A DNA stretch of 64,000 nt from Octopus sinensis (Eukaryota): positions 167,028,001 to 167,092,000 of the forward strand of contig NC_042997.1 in NCBI RefSeq assembly GCF_006345805.1, given 5' to 3'. The notes under the pieces were generated by a model. That model searched no databases. It was not told the DNA's origin and saw nothing but the letters and a program-made list of their open reading frames with translations. Within the stretch, counting starts at the first letter, position 1; every line of letters starts with the position of its first letter. Positions 24,072 to 37,499 of the stretch are shown here, piece after piece. The translations under genes and the position numbers were made by a program.

Positions 24072-25164
24072 GTGTGTACATATATGTACGTGTGTGTGTA
24101 GCAGAATATGTTAATCGCAACTACTGATTTGAACTCATGATCGACATATAGGGATCAGTCTCGCTTACTCTCCATTTACCACACTAGTGCGTGTGGTAAG
24201 TGCTTATCCCTTTCTTATATATTTATTTGAAAGTATACAATAGGAATACGTATAATATGTGGTTGAATAACAAACTCTATTGAAAGTTGGTTGGTTAACA
24301 TTCTGTTTTACAATGAAGTGCACCGAGAGTTTTTAGTAAACACACAGTAAGCGTGAGATTTGCTGAAATAAAATAAATATTCTCATTTTTGGAAAGACGC
24401 GTCTCTCTCCCCCTCTCTCCCGTTTCTTGTCTTTCCCGTCTCTCTATCTTTCTCTCCTTCTTCCCTGTCTCTTCTCTTCTCTCCCTTTCTCTTTGTTCCT
24501 TTGTCTATCGCTTATATTTTGCCTCTCCGACGCACTTATCACTTTCTCTTTTTCCTTCCTTTCTCACACACACACACATACACACACTTTATCTGACAAG
24601 AAACATATTGTGACTTATTTTACCTATCTCTTCAGAAAGATCACATACATACTGTTGGACTCAGAACTATTTCTATCAAAAGCAGTGTGGTTATTGTCTG
24701 TAGATGCGTGTCTCCCACGCTATAACATCTCATCCATAGTGTGAGACTGACTCTCTGCCAAAGACTGGTTTTCATGTCTCAGTGTTTCAGATAACAACGT
24801 CGACTACAACGACGGAGACACCAACCACGGTGACAACAAAAACAACAACAACAACAATAAACGTTACGACACTAATCTGACACGAAGGATATCATCATCA
24901 TCATCATCATCATCACGTCCCCAACCATGATATGATTATTATTTACAAAGACGGTTTACAAAAACAGTGGTGAGTGGAGGTAATTTCGTGTGAAAAATCA
25001 ACATAGGTATGAGCTGAAAAGAAAAATTACGAAATACAAAAATACATACATATATAGAACAAAGAAATAAGAACCCACAATATGGTAGCAGTCATAGCCA
25101 CTTATAATAAAAAAGAAATACTGGTGGAATGTCCCAGTGAAGACCCCAATAAAATATAAAATAT

Positions 25165-25374
25165 AAGCTAAACACAGAGGGGACAAACAAGGACAGACAA
25201 ACGGATTAAGTCGATTACATCGACCCCAGTGCGTAACTGCTACTTAATTTATGGACCCCGAAAGGAGGAAATGCAAAGTCAACCTCGGCAGAATTTGAAC
25301 TCAGAACGTAACGGCTAACGAAATACCGCTTAGCATTTCGCCTGGCGTGCTAACGATTCTGCCAGCTCGCCGCC

Positions 25375-25375
<1 letters not shown>
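25165..25375 (-). mobile_element. Nin-domain SINE
   Basis: Reverse complement of the 4372 family monomer. Confidence 0.85.
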
Positions 25376-25435
<60 letters not shown>

Positions 25436-25436
<1 letters not shown>

Positions 25437-26024
25437 CCGAACCATCAAGGCCAATAAACCAGATATTGTACCGAACCATCAAGGCCAATAAACCAGATAT
25501 TAATTCCAGTACATACAGACCGAACCATCAAGGCCAATAAACCAGATATTGTTTGAAAGACCAAAACAATAAAGTTTGCTTATTGATCGACATGAGCATC
25601 CCCTGTGATCATAATATCTCAGCGAAAGAGTTTGACAAGCTCAGAAAATATAAAGACCTACTCATTGAAATTGAGAAAATGTGGCATCTCAAGGCGGTTA
25701 CAATACCAGTGATCGTAGGAGCACTAGGAATGATCAAGAAGGGAACCGAAAATTATATGAGAATGATCCCTGGCTTACCATCCCTGCAAGAAGTGCAAAA
25801 GATTGTCTTAACTGGTACATCACACGTATTGAGAAGAACATTGTCGATGTGAGAACTGTTGCTGCTCATGTATTTTAATTTAACTTTAAAAAAAAAAAAA
25901 AAAATTAACGAACTACTGAGTTTGGTTTAATGGCCTACCAATGTATACAATGAGTTTCTTTGCCCTAGGAGTCGGGAAGACACCCGGCAAGAAATGGAAG
26001 CAAATTTGAAAGAAGAAAAAAAAA

Positions 26025-26026
<2 letters not shown>
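25436..26026 (+). mobile_element. 5'-truncated R4/Dong-clade LINE in (TAA)n; restriction-like endonuclease C-terminus
   Basis: NKPDIV...LLIDMSIP...KYKDL...PVIVGALG...LQEVQKIVLTGT (ORF 25553-25852) is a PD-(D/E)xK RLE; (TAA)n on both flanks matches known Dong targeting. Confidence 0.85.
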
Positions 26027-26061
<35 letters not shown>

Positions 26062-26259
26062 GTTCCCAGTTCAAATTCCGCCGAGGTTAACTTTGTCTTT
26101 CATCCTTTCAGGGTCGATACAATAAGTAAGTACCATGTAGCAAAATTTGAAATCATCATTATTATTATTATTATTTCTAATTTTCTCTTTTGCAGACGGG
26201 CGATGGGTTGGGCGAATCCTTTGAGTAGTATTTCTTTTGTTTAGAGTGAAAATAGCCTG

Positions 26260-26880
26260 GTATAATGAGTTGGGATAGAGAAGGGAAAGTGTGCACAATT
26301 ATGGAAATTAGCCGCCTAGCTGATGTTAACATGAAGTTGAAGATCAGTGAAAAAGAGAACATCTATGCTGAACTATTGAGAAATCTGCAGTTACTCTATC
26401 CAGATTTATAGGTTTATAGCTGTTATCATTGAGGCCCTGGGATATATAACACACTGCCTAAATGCCAATCTTGAAAAATTAGGCTTCTCAAAACCAGAAG
26501 GGAGAAAGCTAATTCAAAGACTTCAAATCCAATCCATCACTGGGACTATAAAAGTCTGTAAAACTTTCCAGAAGTTTATCATTTAAATATATATGAGCAT
26601 GTCTAGATATGGAACTATATGCATGAAAATACATACATAAAACATACAAATCTGCACATACATATACACATACATACATACATACATACATACGTACATA
26701 CATACATACATACATACATACATACATACATACATACTACATACATACATACATACATACATACATGCAAAAATACTCTGTTGTTGAAATTCCAATGAAG
26801 GAGCCTTGGATCTAAGTTAGAAACCGGTTCATTCTGTATCGGTAAGAAATCTGAAAATAAACTGAATAATGACTCACATA
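26260..26880 (+). mobile_element. 3' fragment of a second RLE-type LINE family with (CATA)n in its 3'UTR
   Basis: WDREGKVCTIMEIS...KENIYAELLRNLQLLYP...IIEALGY; related to 31940-32070. Confidence 0.7.
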
Positions 26881-26902
26881 GATACATACATATACATACC
26901 TG

Positions 26903-27027
<125 letters not shown>

Positions 27028-27679
27028 CATGCATGCATGTATGTATGTATGTATGTATGTATGCATGTATGTATGCAGGTACACGAGGCAAGAGTGAAAG
27101 GTCTGGCTGGAGGCCCGACCTTCCGAGTTCTTACCTACAGTATATATATTTTTTAATATAAAGTTTTTCACTATAAAGTTTTTCACTTCATCTATTTGTT
27201 TACATATTTCGCGTTGCTGCTAATTCCCATTTCATTCTACTATACTTGCTCAGCTTTAAATGCGTATTCGTTGAATTGTTATCCATAAACACTTATATAT
27301 ACTTAGAGTTTAGAAGGCGCAGTCTCAGCACATGCCTGAGCATCACTGACATAAGCTTAGAGTGCATATTAAGGGAAGATAATAATACCACAAAACGCTG
27401 TATTGAAAGCAAATTAGATTCTCCTATATATTTATATTTTCCTGTTCATTTAAATCAAAGTTACAATGATTTTCTTTTGAAATAGCCTGATGCTGTGTAA
27501 CGGAATAAAACTAGTAATATATTATTTATACAAGATCGATTGACTCTGCTAATTTATTGATATGGCATTAATCCTGATAATCGGTAAATTCGATCTCATT
27601 TGAATTTAATATCATGGAACAGCACGTATAACAAAGGCAATGTAAAATACCTTGAATGTATGTTCATCATTAGCATCTC

Positions 27680-27888
27680 TAAAACTTCTGTTACTGTTCC
27701 CAAGGACCAAACTTTAATTAGCACTATCTTTACGTTCTTTATTTCGCATAGCCGGACTTTTCTGTACTTAAGAGGGTTGTATTTAATCATCATCATCATC
27801 ATCATCGTCGTCGTCGTCGTCGTCGTCGTCGTCATCGTCATCGTCATCATCATCACCATCATCACCACCATCAACATCATCGTCATCG

Positions 27889-27928
<40 letters not shown>

Positions 27929-28460
27929 TATTTCTCTTTATCACAGGTTTTGTTGGCGCTCCTGGAGTCTTCCATGCGTACGGTACCACCTAATCCATAC
28001 TTTTCAGCTACCTGATACTTTCCTGATTATTCTGGCCGTATTAAGGAGGCAATCCTTTTGTAACAGTTCTACTGGGCACTCTATTCCAATTTTCATTATA
28101 TTCTTCTTGTTGCCTTCTGATACTGTCTTCATTTTCCTTAGTCGGCTATTTCGTACTTAAGAGGGTTGTAGCTATCTTTTCGCCTTCCTTCTTGACTATT
28201 CATGGGTCAAAGGGGCTTGCAACTAAGTCCGCTCTGTTATGATCTAGCACGTTATCTGTTTGGATTGGGAAATCCTTGAGGATTTTGCTAGTCTCCGACT
28301 CCACCACTCTCTGCAGTGGTGTTCATACCACGTCCTGCCTCTCTCTAGCCCTGACTTTTCGCACAGTTTTCAGTGTAACACTTTCGCTACCTGGTCGTGT
28401 CGCCACAACTTGTAGTGGTTTTGGGCAAGTCTAGACCATTCGTTCGTGAATTCGGAATTA
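27680..28460 (-). mobile_element. Decayed R4/Dong-like LINE fragments split by (CAT)/(CGT)n
   Basis: RLAQNHYKLWRHDQVAKVLH and FPIQTDNVLDHNRAD-like remnants on the minus strand. Confidence 0.6.
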
Positions 28461-29031
28461 TGCAAATGCGGCACAGCAGAAACACTTATCATTATCATTA
28501 TCCTTATTGTTGTTGTTGTTGTTATTACTGAGTGAGAGAGCAGTGCATGCCATAAAAGTGACACTGGGGTAAAATATACGAAACTCAGTATATCCATCAT
28601 GACTACCCGTTTGATAAGGTTACACTAAGCACATGCATCACAACCATATATGCGCGACATGGTGATCTCATATCAAGATAAACAGCACGTGACCTTGCCG
28701 GTGGGGCCCAGTTAGGATTTTCTTCAGGTCGGGTAATCCATCCCGTTCAAAAGGGCCCTAAATTAGGATTGTTTAAGGATGTTGAACGAAACACCCATGT
28801 TTCCGGAGGTGGATTATTCAAACCCCAAATAATCCTTCTCAACACATGGCTATGATGCTCCCCAACTACTTCTGCTCATGATCAGAGATGCACATATCGT
28901 CAGCCACTAAGGGACATGCTCAACTGGTTAAGGTCAAACGACTGACAAACAAATCTGTAGTATTGAGCAGAATATTTGCTGTAGCCCATCTTTTATACCA
29001 AGACAAAACAAAGTACACGATAACACTTCCA

Positions 29032-29069
<38 letters not shown>

Positions 29070-29099
29070 TATTATTATTATATTATTATTATTATTATT

Positions 29100-29280
29100 A
29101 TTGCTTTTGTACAGTTTCTAATGCTGGAGATGTACTACGCTGTAAGCTGTTCACCACAAGTGAACTAAGGTAACACCACTTATTTTTTTAGCACCTTCCG
29201 GAGTATTCGAGCGGTTCCAAGAAGTGCTGTTTTCTGCAAGTGCTCCACCCTTATTGCAGCCCCTATTTGTTCCCCTATCC
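29100..29280 (-). mobile_element. 3' end of R4/Dong-like LINE with (TAA)n tail
   Basis: Minus strand encodes IRVEHLQKTALLGTARILRKVL followed by TAA repeats. Confidence 0.7.
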
Positions 29281-29319
29281 GACCAAAAAGGGAGTTAAGT
29301 ATGTCTTTAAGATTTTATC

Positions 29320-29685
29320 CGAGTGGCTGTGTGGTAAGTAGCTTGCTTACCAACCACGTAGTTCAGGGTTCAGTCCCACTGCGTGGCACCTTGGACAAGT
29401 GTTTTCTACTATAGACTCGGGCCGACCAAAGCCTTGTGAGTGGATTTGGTAGACGGAAACCGAAATAAGCCCGTCGTATATATGTATATCTGCATGTGTG
29501 TATGTATGTGTGTATATGTTGGTGTGTTTACGTCCCCGTAACTTAGCGGTTCGGCAAAAGAGAACGATAGAATAAGTACTAGGCTTCCAAAGAATAAGTC
29601 CTGGGGTTGATTTGCTCGACTAAAGGCGGTGCTCCAGCATGGCCACAGTCAAATGACTGAAACAAGTAAAAGAGTAAAAGAGTAA
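29320..29685 (+). mobile_element. Near full-length SINE family B
   Basis: tRNA-like head, internal TA/TG tract, tail GGCGGTGCTCCAGCATGGCC...AGTAAAAGAGTAAAAG. Confidence 0.85.
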
Positions 29686-30420
29686 ATGTGGACTGTATCA
29701 TACTAACGTGGAAGATATCACCAATACCAGAAGCAAAGAATGTCTGAGGGAAAGGAGAACATTTATGGAAATCTGAGAAATCTAAATATTTTATATCCAG
29801 TTTATAGATTTTCATATGTACGCACTGTTATTGAGTTACGTTACAATATATCTTCATAAAAGTTCAGAATTGCAAGGAGGTTTCAAGAAAGAAAAAGTAA
29901 ACTTATTCTCATTTCCCAAATACAATCGCTGAGAGAAGATCTATAAAATATTCTTGACATTCTCCATTTAGGCTTCCTGGGCTGAATACACACACGCTAT
30001 CATATATCAATGTGGAATACACATAGACAGACACGCTCACACACATACATATAAAGAAGTAATGAAGTACACACACACTTGCTTAATAAAGTGACATATA
30101 CTAGTATAGGGAACTCATGTTCTACAAGAAAGCTCTCATCAACTTGATGATGATCTCGATGTGCCCGACTAGACGACAGTTGCACAATACTCGTGGCTAT
30201 GAATCTGGAGAATCATTTGGATAAAATACAAGCACATAGTATGTTTCAATGTTATGCACCAACTCTTAGTAGATTGTTTAAACACGTTTCTCCATGATAC
30301 TACGAAACAAATAATTTGATGACTGGTGGGCAGACAAGAATAAATAAAGGGACCAATGGGTGTGGTGGCCAATAGATTTACCCTTAAGGAAACAAAGCAG
30401 CATCCCTAAAGTTTACTGAC

Positions 30421-30632
30421 AGCCGAGCTGGCGGACACGTTAGCGCGCCGGGCGAAATGCTTGGCGGTATTTCGTCTGTCGTTACGTTCTGAGTTCAAAT
30501 TCCGCTGAGGTCGACTTTGCCTTTCATCTTTTCGGGGTCGATAAATAAAGTACCAGTTCGCACTGGGGTCGATGTAATCGACTTAATCCGTTTGTCCCCT
30601 CTATGTTTAGCCCCTTGTAGGCAATAAAGAAA
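30421..30632 (+). mobile_element. Nin-domain SINE
   Basis: Same family as 4372. Confidence 0.85.
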
Positions 30633-30699
30633 TATATATTAAATAGCAAGATGTTGTTTAACACTTGTTACTTACTCATGTCTGCTAAAGCCATTTACC

Positions 30700-32200
30700 A
30701 CGTTCTCTTTGCTATAATCAATAGAATAAAAGGTTGAATCACATGATGATGCATATAGTTATCACTGAGAACTGAAGTAATTACTACAATCACAAAATAG
30801 GTTATGGATGCAACTATTCAGGGTGACAGTTTGCTTGCACTGGCAATGAACTCCATGTCAGTCTTGTTCAGGAAATACCAAGTACGCATATTAGTGTCTG
30901 CAGAAGAGAAGAAAATTAATGTCACCCACGCCTGTTTTTTTAATGATAGCCTGAAGCTGTTTTGCAATAATATGCGGAACACTAAAGAAGCAGTTAATCT
31001 GGTCACAAAGTTCTCATGAGATACAGGAATAATGTTTGGTCAAGATAAGGTTGCAGATTTTGTGATCAATAAAGTAAAGGGGTGTCTTTTTCTTTTGTCT
31101 CTTAGGGAAATTACTGCAAGTATAGGATGCAAAGCAGGGCATTAAGACTAGTAGTTGCCAGTGGTAGTTACGATATCAGCAATAATACTGACAGGATCTA
31201 TGGCACATAGAGATGTCGAAATGGAGAAGTCAGGTGAGTTAAATTGGCCTCTGAGTGGAGGCATTATATCAGAAAATATCTATTGAACAGTAAAAGAAGA
31301 AATGAATTAAAAGGATAAACTCTTGAATGCATGGACACTCAACAGAAAGGAACAAGATCTTTAGTATCGGTGAAGGATTCGCAAATCGTTAGTTTGAGTG
31401 CATGACTGTTTCATGTAAACAAAGGACAGCTGTACTTTGACACAAATTTGGGAAAGGAACGCTTTTTCTACCAGTAGAAGGTTATGCATGAACACATATC
31501 TTGCAAGTTTGAAAATAGTATTGATATGAGGCTTGGCTTCACTCGGACCTGTGGTATATTATATCAAAATGTCGATATTCAGAGACAGGAGGTAACTACG
31601 AAATTCCTTGTTGATAAAAGAGAGAAGGATACCTTCAAAATATTTTATCATTAGAAAATATTTAATGTATGCCAGTGTGAAGGATATCAGCCACATAATC
31701 AGTTTTTCCCTAAAAATTTTCGGAAGCTACTAAACATTTCGTGACACATGACAATGATGCCAACACCATTTGCAGTGATATTCGTATAAAAGATTGCACT
31801 GGTAATTGAACCAAAGACACACCACAAGCAACATTTATCCACACCTCTAAAGATAAATAATGCCGGTATAACATTCTAATAACACTTTTGGAAAGGAATA
31901 TTCCTATAGAAACAAAATCTTGTGCCAACAAAGCAGAACTGTATAACACGTCTAAGGATTTGGGAAACGAGGACATCTATAGTGAACTAATACTTAACTT
32001 ACAGCTCTTGTATCCTGCTTCTAGACTCTTATTTGCACCAACGGTCATAGGTGCACTCGGCTATATATAACAGTACAGTTGTATAACAGTCTGGAAATGC
32101 TGGAAATTTTCGAGGAGTACAAATAAAACTTACTCGTATCCTGATTTCTAATACTGTGAATATTTGTAAATTGTTCTAAAGATTCTTCGTTTCAGTCTTC
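30700..32200 (+). pseudogene. Heavily decayed RLE-type LINE ORF (RT plus endonuclease)
   Basis: IQGDSL and THACFFNDSLKLF RT motifs (30804-31019); ELILNLQLLYP...TVIGALGYI C-terminus (31888-32070). Confidence 0.65.
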
Positions 32201-32295
32201 TAAAAATGAACAAATGCTCACAAGCACATATGTCGTGCATAAAAACCAATCACAAAGGCACTCGTGTACTAAAAATATATATATAAGCACATTAA

Positions 32296-32510
32296 TGAAT
32301 GGGTGCTGAAAAGTTCCTGGTTTGGGTAAAAAAAAATACAGGAGGATCAGTTGTGATTTTATTCAATATATTCCCCTCAGCAGATTTACACAATTTTTGC
32401 AGCGTTCCTTCGGGCTTTCTAAACCTTGTAAAAGAACTGGGAAGGTTGGGCCTCCAATCAGACTTTTCGTGATACCTTTAAAACCATAAACTTTTCAGTA
32501 CTTTCTCGTA
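32296..32510. mobile_element. Mariner-derived MITE
   Basis: Imperfect TIRs GGTGCTGAAAAGTTCCTGGTTT / AAACCATAAACTTTTCAGTACTTTCTCGTA. Confidence 0.6.
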
Positions 32511-32941
32511 TATGAGTGCAAGTACAACCATGTACATATCTGCAAGTATGTGCACATTAATTCACGCATTTACAAATTTCTGAAACTTATATGACACAAA
32601 AAAAAAGTTGTATCATTTTGCAAGGAATTGTTCTGAATTCTGCGAAAGAAAACTTAAGTCAGTAACACGGAGAAATATACAAACTCTCAGCAAACTTCGA
32701 AAGCACATTCTCGAGATATAATCCTTATCCAAATGACATGATATGGTAGCCAGAGCAATCTGCAACGGAAGAAGAAAGAAAAGGGTTCCTTTCTCTTGGA
32801 TTAAGACTTATTAAAACTACATTGGATCTATTTCATATATTAGTATATGTATGTGTATGCGTGTGTGTGCGTATGTATGTGTATGTGCGATTATGTACGT
32901 GTACGCTTGCGTGTGCATGCGTATGTTTTTGTGTACACACA

Positions 32942-33120
<179 letters not shown>

Positions 33121-34731
33121 GAGGGCGAGTCAAAACGTAATGTAACTAAAGATTGCATTACTTTCTGACTTAGCCTCGCAGATAGATAGATGTGTGTTAA
33201 CATGTGTGTGTTTGTATATCCAAACATTCATTATGCATATACAAATACCGTCACTTCCCCTCGTAATCATAAATACATTATGCACCCATGGACATATATG
33301 TATGTTTGCGAATGTATGTGTCTGTCAGTGAGTATGCATTTATTTTTTAGTGTAATTATATTCTCATGCTCTTCGCTCAATACATATTCTCAGTTAAGAA
33401 TTAGCAAGCAAATTTATTCACCCCAAAACCTATAAACTTGTTTATTATTCCAGTTAGTTGCAATATCTAATTAGTATACTAAAGCAGTGATGCATAACAA
33501 ACTATTTATTGAAGTATGCTTTGCCATTTCTGAAATCAGCCATCTCTGTCCTCAACCACCCTCTAAAACGCGCCATCTGTTAGTCCAATATGACCTTTAG
33601 CAAGAAGTGTGAATTAAAGTTGGGTTTCTTGGCGAAAGCCATCTGAAAAGTACCCTATATTAATTATATGGAATTTACTTGTTGCCTTATTCTCAATAAA
33701 TTTCGGTTGTGTACACACATGTGCACATATTCACTGAAACGCATAATCATACAATTACATAAAACACATACACATGCTATGTTATTACTTACATATGAAT
33801 GTTTAATATTGGCGAAAAGCAATTCGTTAATATATGTACATGTCGGGTTAAGGGTAATTTTATAACAGTAAATATTATATTAGATACAAATATTGGTTTC
33901 TCTTTGGCTGCATGCAGCTCAATATGTTTGAATATAGATCATGAGGTGTAGGATGATGTTCATCCATTTCCTAATAGCATTAGGAATGTGAGTAATTTGA
34001 ATGGTTTCTAACGGATTTAAGAATTAGATGGCATCTAGTGGAATTTGAAGTTTCTAATTGGTCTCAGTGAGCTGGAAAATTACCTTTTGCTCAACGCCGT
34101 TCGCTATTCTCTAATTACAATATTATTGGTTTCCATTAGTGATTAATGCAGAACTTCAGAAACTCACATGTATATGTCATAAAGAATGACATACGCACAT
34201 GACTACTTTCAAAAATTCGAATTACTATTGGATCTCATTCCATCTGACTCTTTAATTAGCGAACTACACCGTTCCCTTGACTACAGAATATAAACTACAA
34301 TTATATTTACGTTCAGTTACGAGAAACAGACTTCCGATTTTCGATTAGGCCTTAATAAATGCTTAATAAACAAATCAGGCCGATCTCTTTCTGGCAACAG
34401 AGGCAAAAAAAAAAGAGAAAGGAATGGTTCAATGAAGGCATCTATTTTTACAGGAGAGGCTAATATATCTCTTTCCTTAAAACAAGCTACATTACAAACA
34501 AAAGTTTACCTCACATTTTTATATGAATAATTTATACTTATGTGAAAAGCATATGCTTAAGTAGTGAGCCAAACAAATATTTTGAAAACTTTATCATTCA
34601 TCCTTCATTGAATTAGATATGAGGGCTTTCACTTGATTGCTTCCGCGCGTTTGGGGACATTAACATACATTTTATAATTATTCGTTATATATGTAAATAT
34701 ATATATCTATGTGTGTGTGTGTGTGTATGTG

Positions 34732-34787
<56 letters not shown>

Positions 34788-34923
34788 ACAAACACGCGCG
34801 CACACACACATATACGTACATATATAAATATGTATATATGCATATATATAAGTATATTTGTATACATGTAGCATATGTGTACATAGATATGAGTATGTGT
34901 GTGTATGTATATACATATATATA

Positions 34924-34956
<33 letters not shown>

Positions 34957-35249
34957 CTCGGGGATTAGAGTATTCGGTTCACGCATGTAAGGTATGAATT
35001 CGATTTCTGGCTTGGCGGTGGTGTCTTTTATTTCCCCTTGCTCCAGTTCACTCAACTAGCAGAACTTTGTATTACCTGTAGTTCAAAGGGCCAACCTTGT
35101 CACACTCTGTGTCTCCCTGAGAACTACGTTAAGAGTGCGCATGTCCGTGGAGTGATCAGCTAATTGCATGTAAATTTCGCGAGCAAGCTCTTCTGCTGAT
35201 TCGATCGACTAGAACACTTGTCATTGTAACTGATGGAGTGACAGTTTAT

Positions 35250-35303
<54 letters not shown>

Positions 35304-35489
35304 ACACACACACACAATTTCGTTCGGGTCATTAACGCTAGTGAATACTTTTTTAATCTTATCAACGAGTACAGGTTATCGGATATGGCTGTAAAACGAA
35401 GGTCGAAGCTGTATAGATCAAATTTCCGAAGATCGATAACATCCGTAGAATTAATATGATTATTTACAAGAAGAGTGGAGCGAGCAAAT

Positions 35490-35742
35490 TGTTTTATTAC
35501 ATAAATTTACAATTGTTTCACCGCCATTCGAACACAAGTATTCTACTATATTATTATATAATATACGCAACTACAGACTCAAGATGTCTCATTATATCGA
35601 TAGACTAGTGTTTAACCTCATCGGGATCCTATATAAAATACATTTGCGAATATTTTACAAGTATTTGCATCTGTTATACAATAATATAGCAATACTCTTG
35701 TGTTCGAATGCCCGTGAAACACCTGTAAATTTCTGTAATACA
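35490..35742. mobile_element. Decayed fold-back HHR element (family D-like)
   Basis: Inverted arms at about 35495-35555 and 35680-35740 containing GAAA-CAATTG-TA / GAAA-CACCTG-TA. Confidence 0.5.
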
Positions 35743-35794
35743 TGGTAAATACATACTTACAGACATACATATACACACAAACACACACAAACAC

Positions 35795-35832
<38 letters not shown>

Positions 35833-35836
<4 letters not shown>

Positions 35837-36010
35837 GCCATGATAGACACATTTTTTTCTCTCCTTGTTTTATTCTGTGTCCCTTCTGTAGAAGAGCGTA
35901 GGCTCGAAACGTAAAAGACTTTTTCTATTCCTGAGCGTTATACTAATACATCTGTTTGTTTTGCACATCACCTGTCTACGTCTTTTATTTTTTTCATGAA
36001 CTCTCCCTAT
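35833..36010 (+). mobile_element. Short HHR-bearing insert, family A copy 2
   Basis: CTGTAGA-AGAGCGTAGGCTC-GAAACGTA-AAAGA at 35886-35918; TA tracts on both sides. Confidence 0.75.
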
Positions 36011-36084
36011 ATATATATATATAATATATATATATATATATTATATATATATATATTATATATATATATATACAGACACACACA

Positions 36085-36420
36085 CGGTGCATCAGTTTTC
36101 GTAGGACTCCTCATTCAAGAGTTCTAACTTCCGTCTAACCTTTCTTTACTTTACATTTCAGACAAATAACGTCAGACATCAGGTTAACTCAGCAAATGAA
36201 AACGCATGGTGCAATCGTTGCCTTAAAAGCGCAATATAGTGATACAGAGATAGCTTGCCTCTTGAAATTTGTCCAAACTTTCATTGTCAAGGGTCGAGAG
36301 AACTTGAAGATACTGATGAGGATCCAGCATCAGAAGCTAAACGTAAAAGCATGCACATGGTCCTAATATCATCAGAATCATAGCTTTGTACAAAAGTCTA
36401 AGAAATAATCAATAAAAGCT
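36085..36420 (+). mobile_element. Tc1/mariner-superfamily (maT-like) transposase 5' remnant
   Basis: MKTHGAIVALKAQYSDTEIACLLKFVQTFIVK HTH-like N-terminus, frameshifted. Confidence 0.4.
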
Positions 36421-36427
36421 CTGGAAA

Positions 36428-36735
36428 TACATACACACATACATACATGCATACATACATACATACATACATACATACATGCATACATACACACACACAC
36501 ATATACATACATACATACATACATACATACATACATACATACAAACATACATGCATGCATGCATACATACATACATACATACATACATACATACATACAT
36601 ACATACATACATACATACATACATACATACATACAAACATACATGCATGCATGCATACATACATACATACATACATACATACATACATACATACATACAT
36701 ACATACATACATACATACATACATACATACATAAA
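36428..36735. repeat. (CATA)n tetranucleotide array
   Basis: Seen directly; source of the MYVC/HTYI ORFs. Confidence 0.95.
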
Positions 36736-37499
36736 TACTTACATACTGCAGTATGTGAAATTCATTCAGGAAGAGTTTTCTTTATGATAAAAATACAATC
36801 ACCTTTAAATGACAATTTTGGAACATTCACAGTTCCGGGAATGTATACATGAGCATATTTGAAGAAATATGAGTGCGGTAATAAATAATATTTCAATAAT
36901 GTCGTAGAATAGTACATACTTATCACAAAAGATGATGACGGTGTGCTTTGAGAGATGCATTGGAAACTTCTAGAAGAAAGTAACACCCTATTTTTTGCCC
37001 TGTGGATCATCATCAGTATCTACTTCGTGAGGAAAGTATTTAACTGAAGTTGTATGATTATTTGTAATACCTCGTCCCATTTTTCTTAGCATAGTGTAGG
37101 AATTGAGGTGTTTATGAACTTAACATTTTCATGTTAACTCACGGTAAGGATTGTTAAGAACGACTATAAGGATCCATGCTATAACCATTCAATGTGAAGT
37201 GGGCAGAGTGTCTTTCTTCTAGTCATACAGTGAACTAGCAATTCAACAAGAGGAAGAACACCAATAGAATAAGTAATTGACTGAAAAATATGAACTGGAT
37301 TCAATTTGTTCTACTAAGATCCTTTAAGAGAGTTTCCCAGCATGGCCACAGTGCAGTGACTGAAACAAATAAAAGATAAAGCATTACGACTCGTTCTTTT
37401 TATAACTGCATCAAATCCTCGTTAGATAAATTTCTCTGAACCTTCCTAATGGAATCGTCGAAAAAAATTACATCATTTTCTACAAATTTTTGCAACCCT

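Noticed and set aside
25436-25552. Three ~32-bp direct repeats resembling a mini-CRISPR
   Set aside because: Spacers are 2 and 17 nt, the repeat is LINE coding sequence, and the context is eukaryotic with no cas genes.
26780-26840. HHR-like CCAATGA...GAAACCGGTT in an RLE LINE 3'UTR
   Set aside because: Core has two mismatches and stem I does not pair convincingly.
27482-27520. CTGATGC...AAAACTAGTA possible decayed minimal hammerhead
   Set aside because: Both core strands are mutated and there is no stem II; cannot be supported from one copy.
28520-29030. Repeat-like segment with a possible HDV-like ribozyme on the minus strand near 28690-28735
   Set aside because: P1 pairs only partly and P1.1/P4 could not be assigned.
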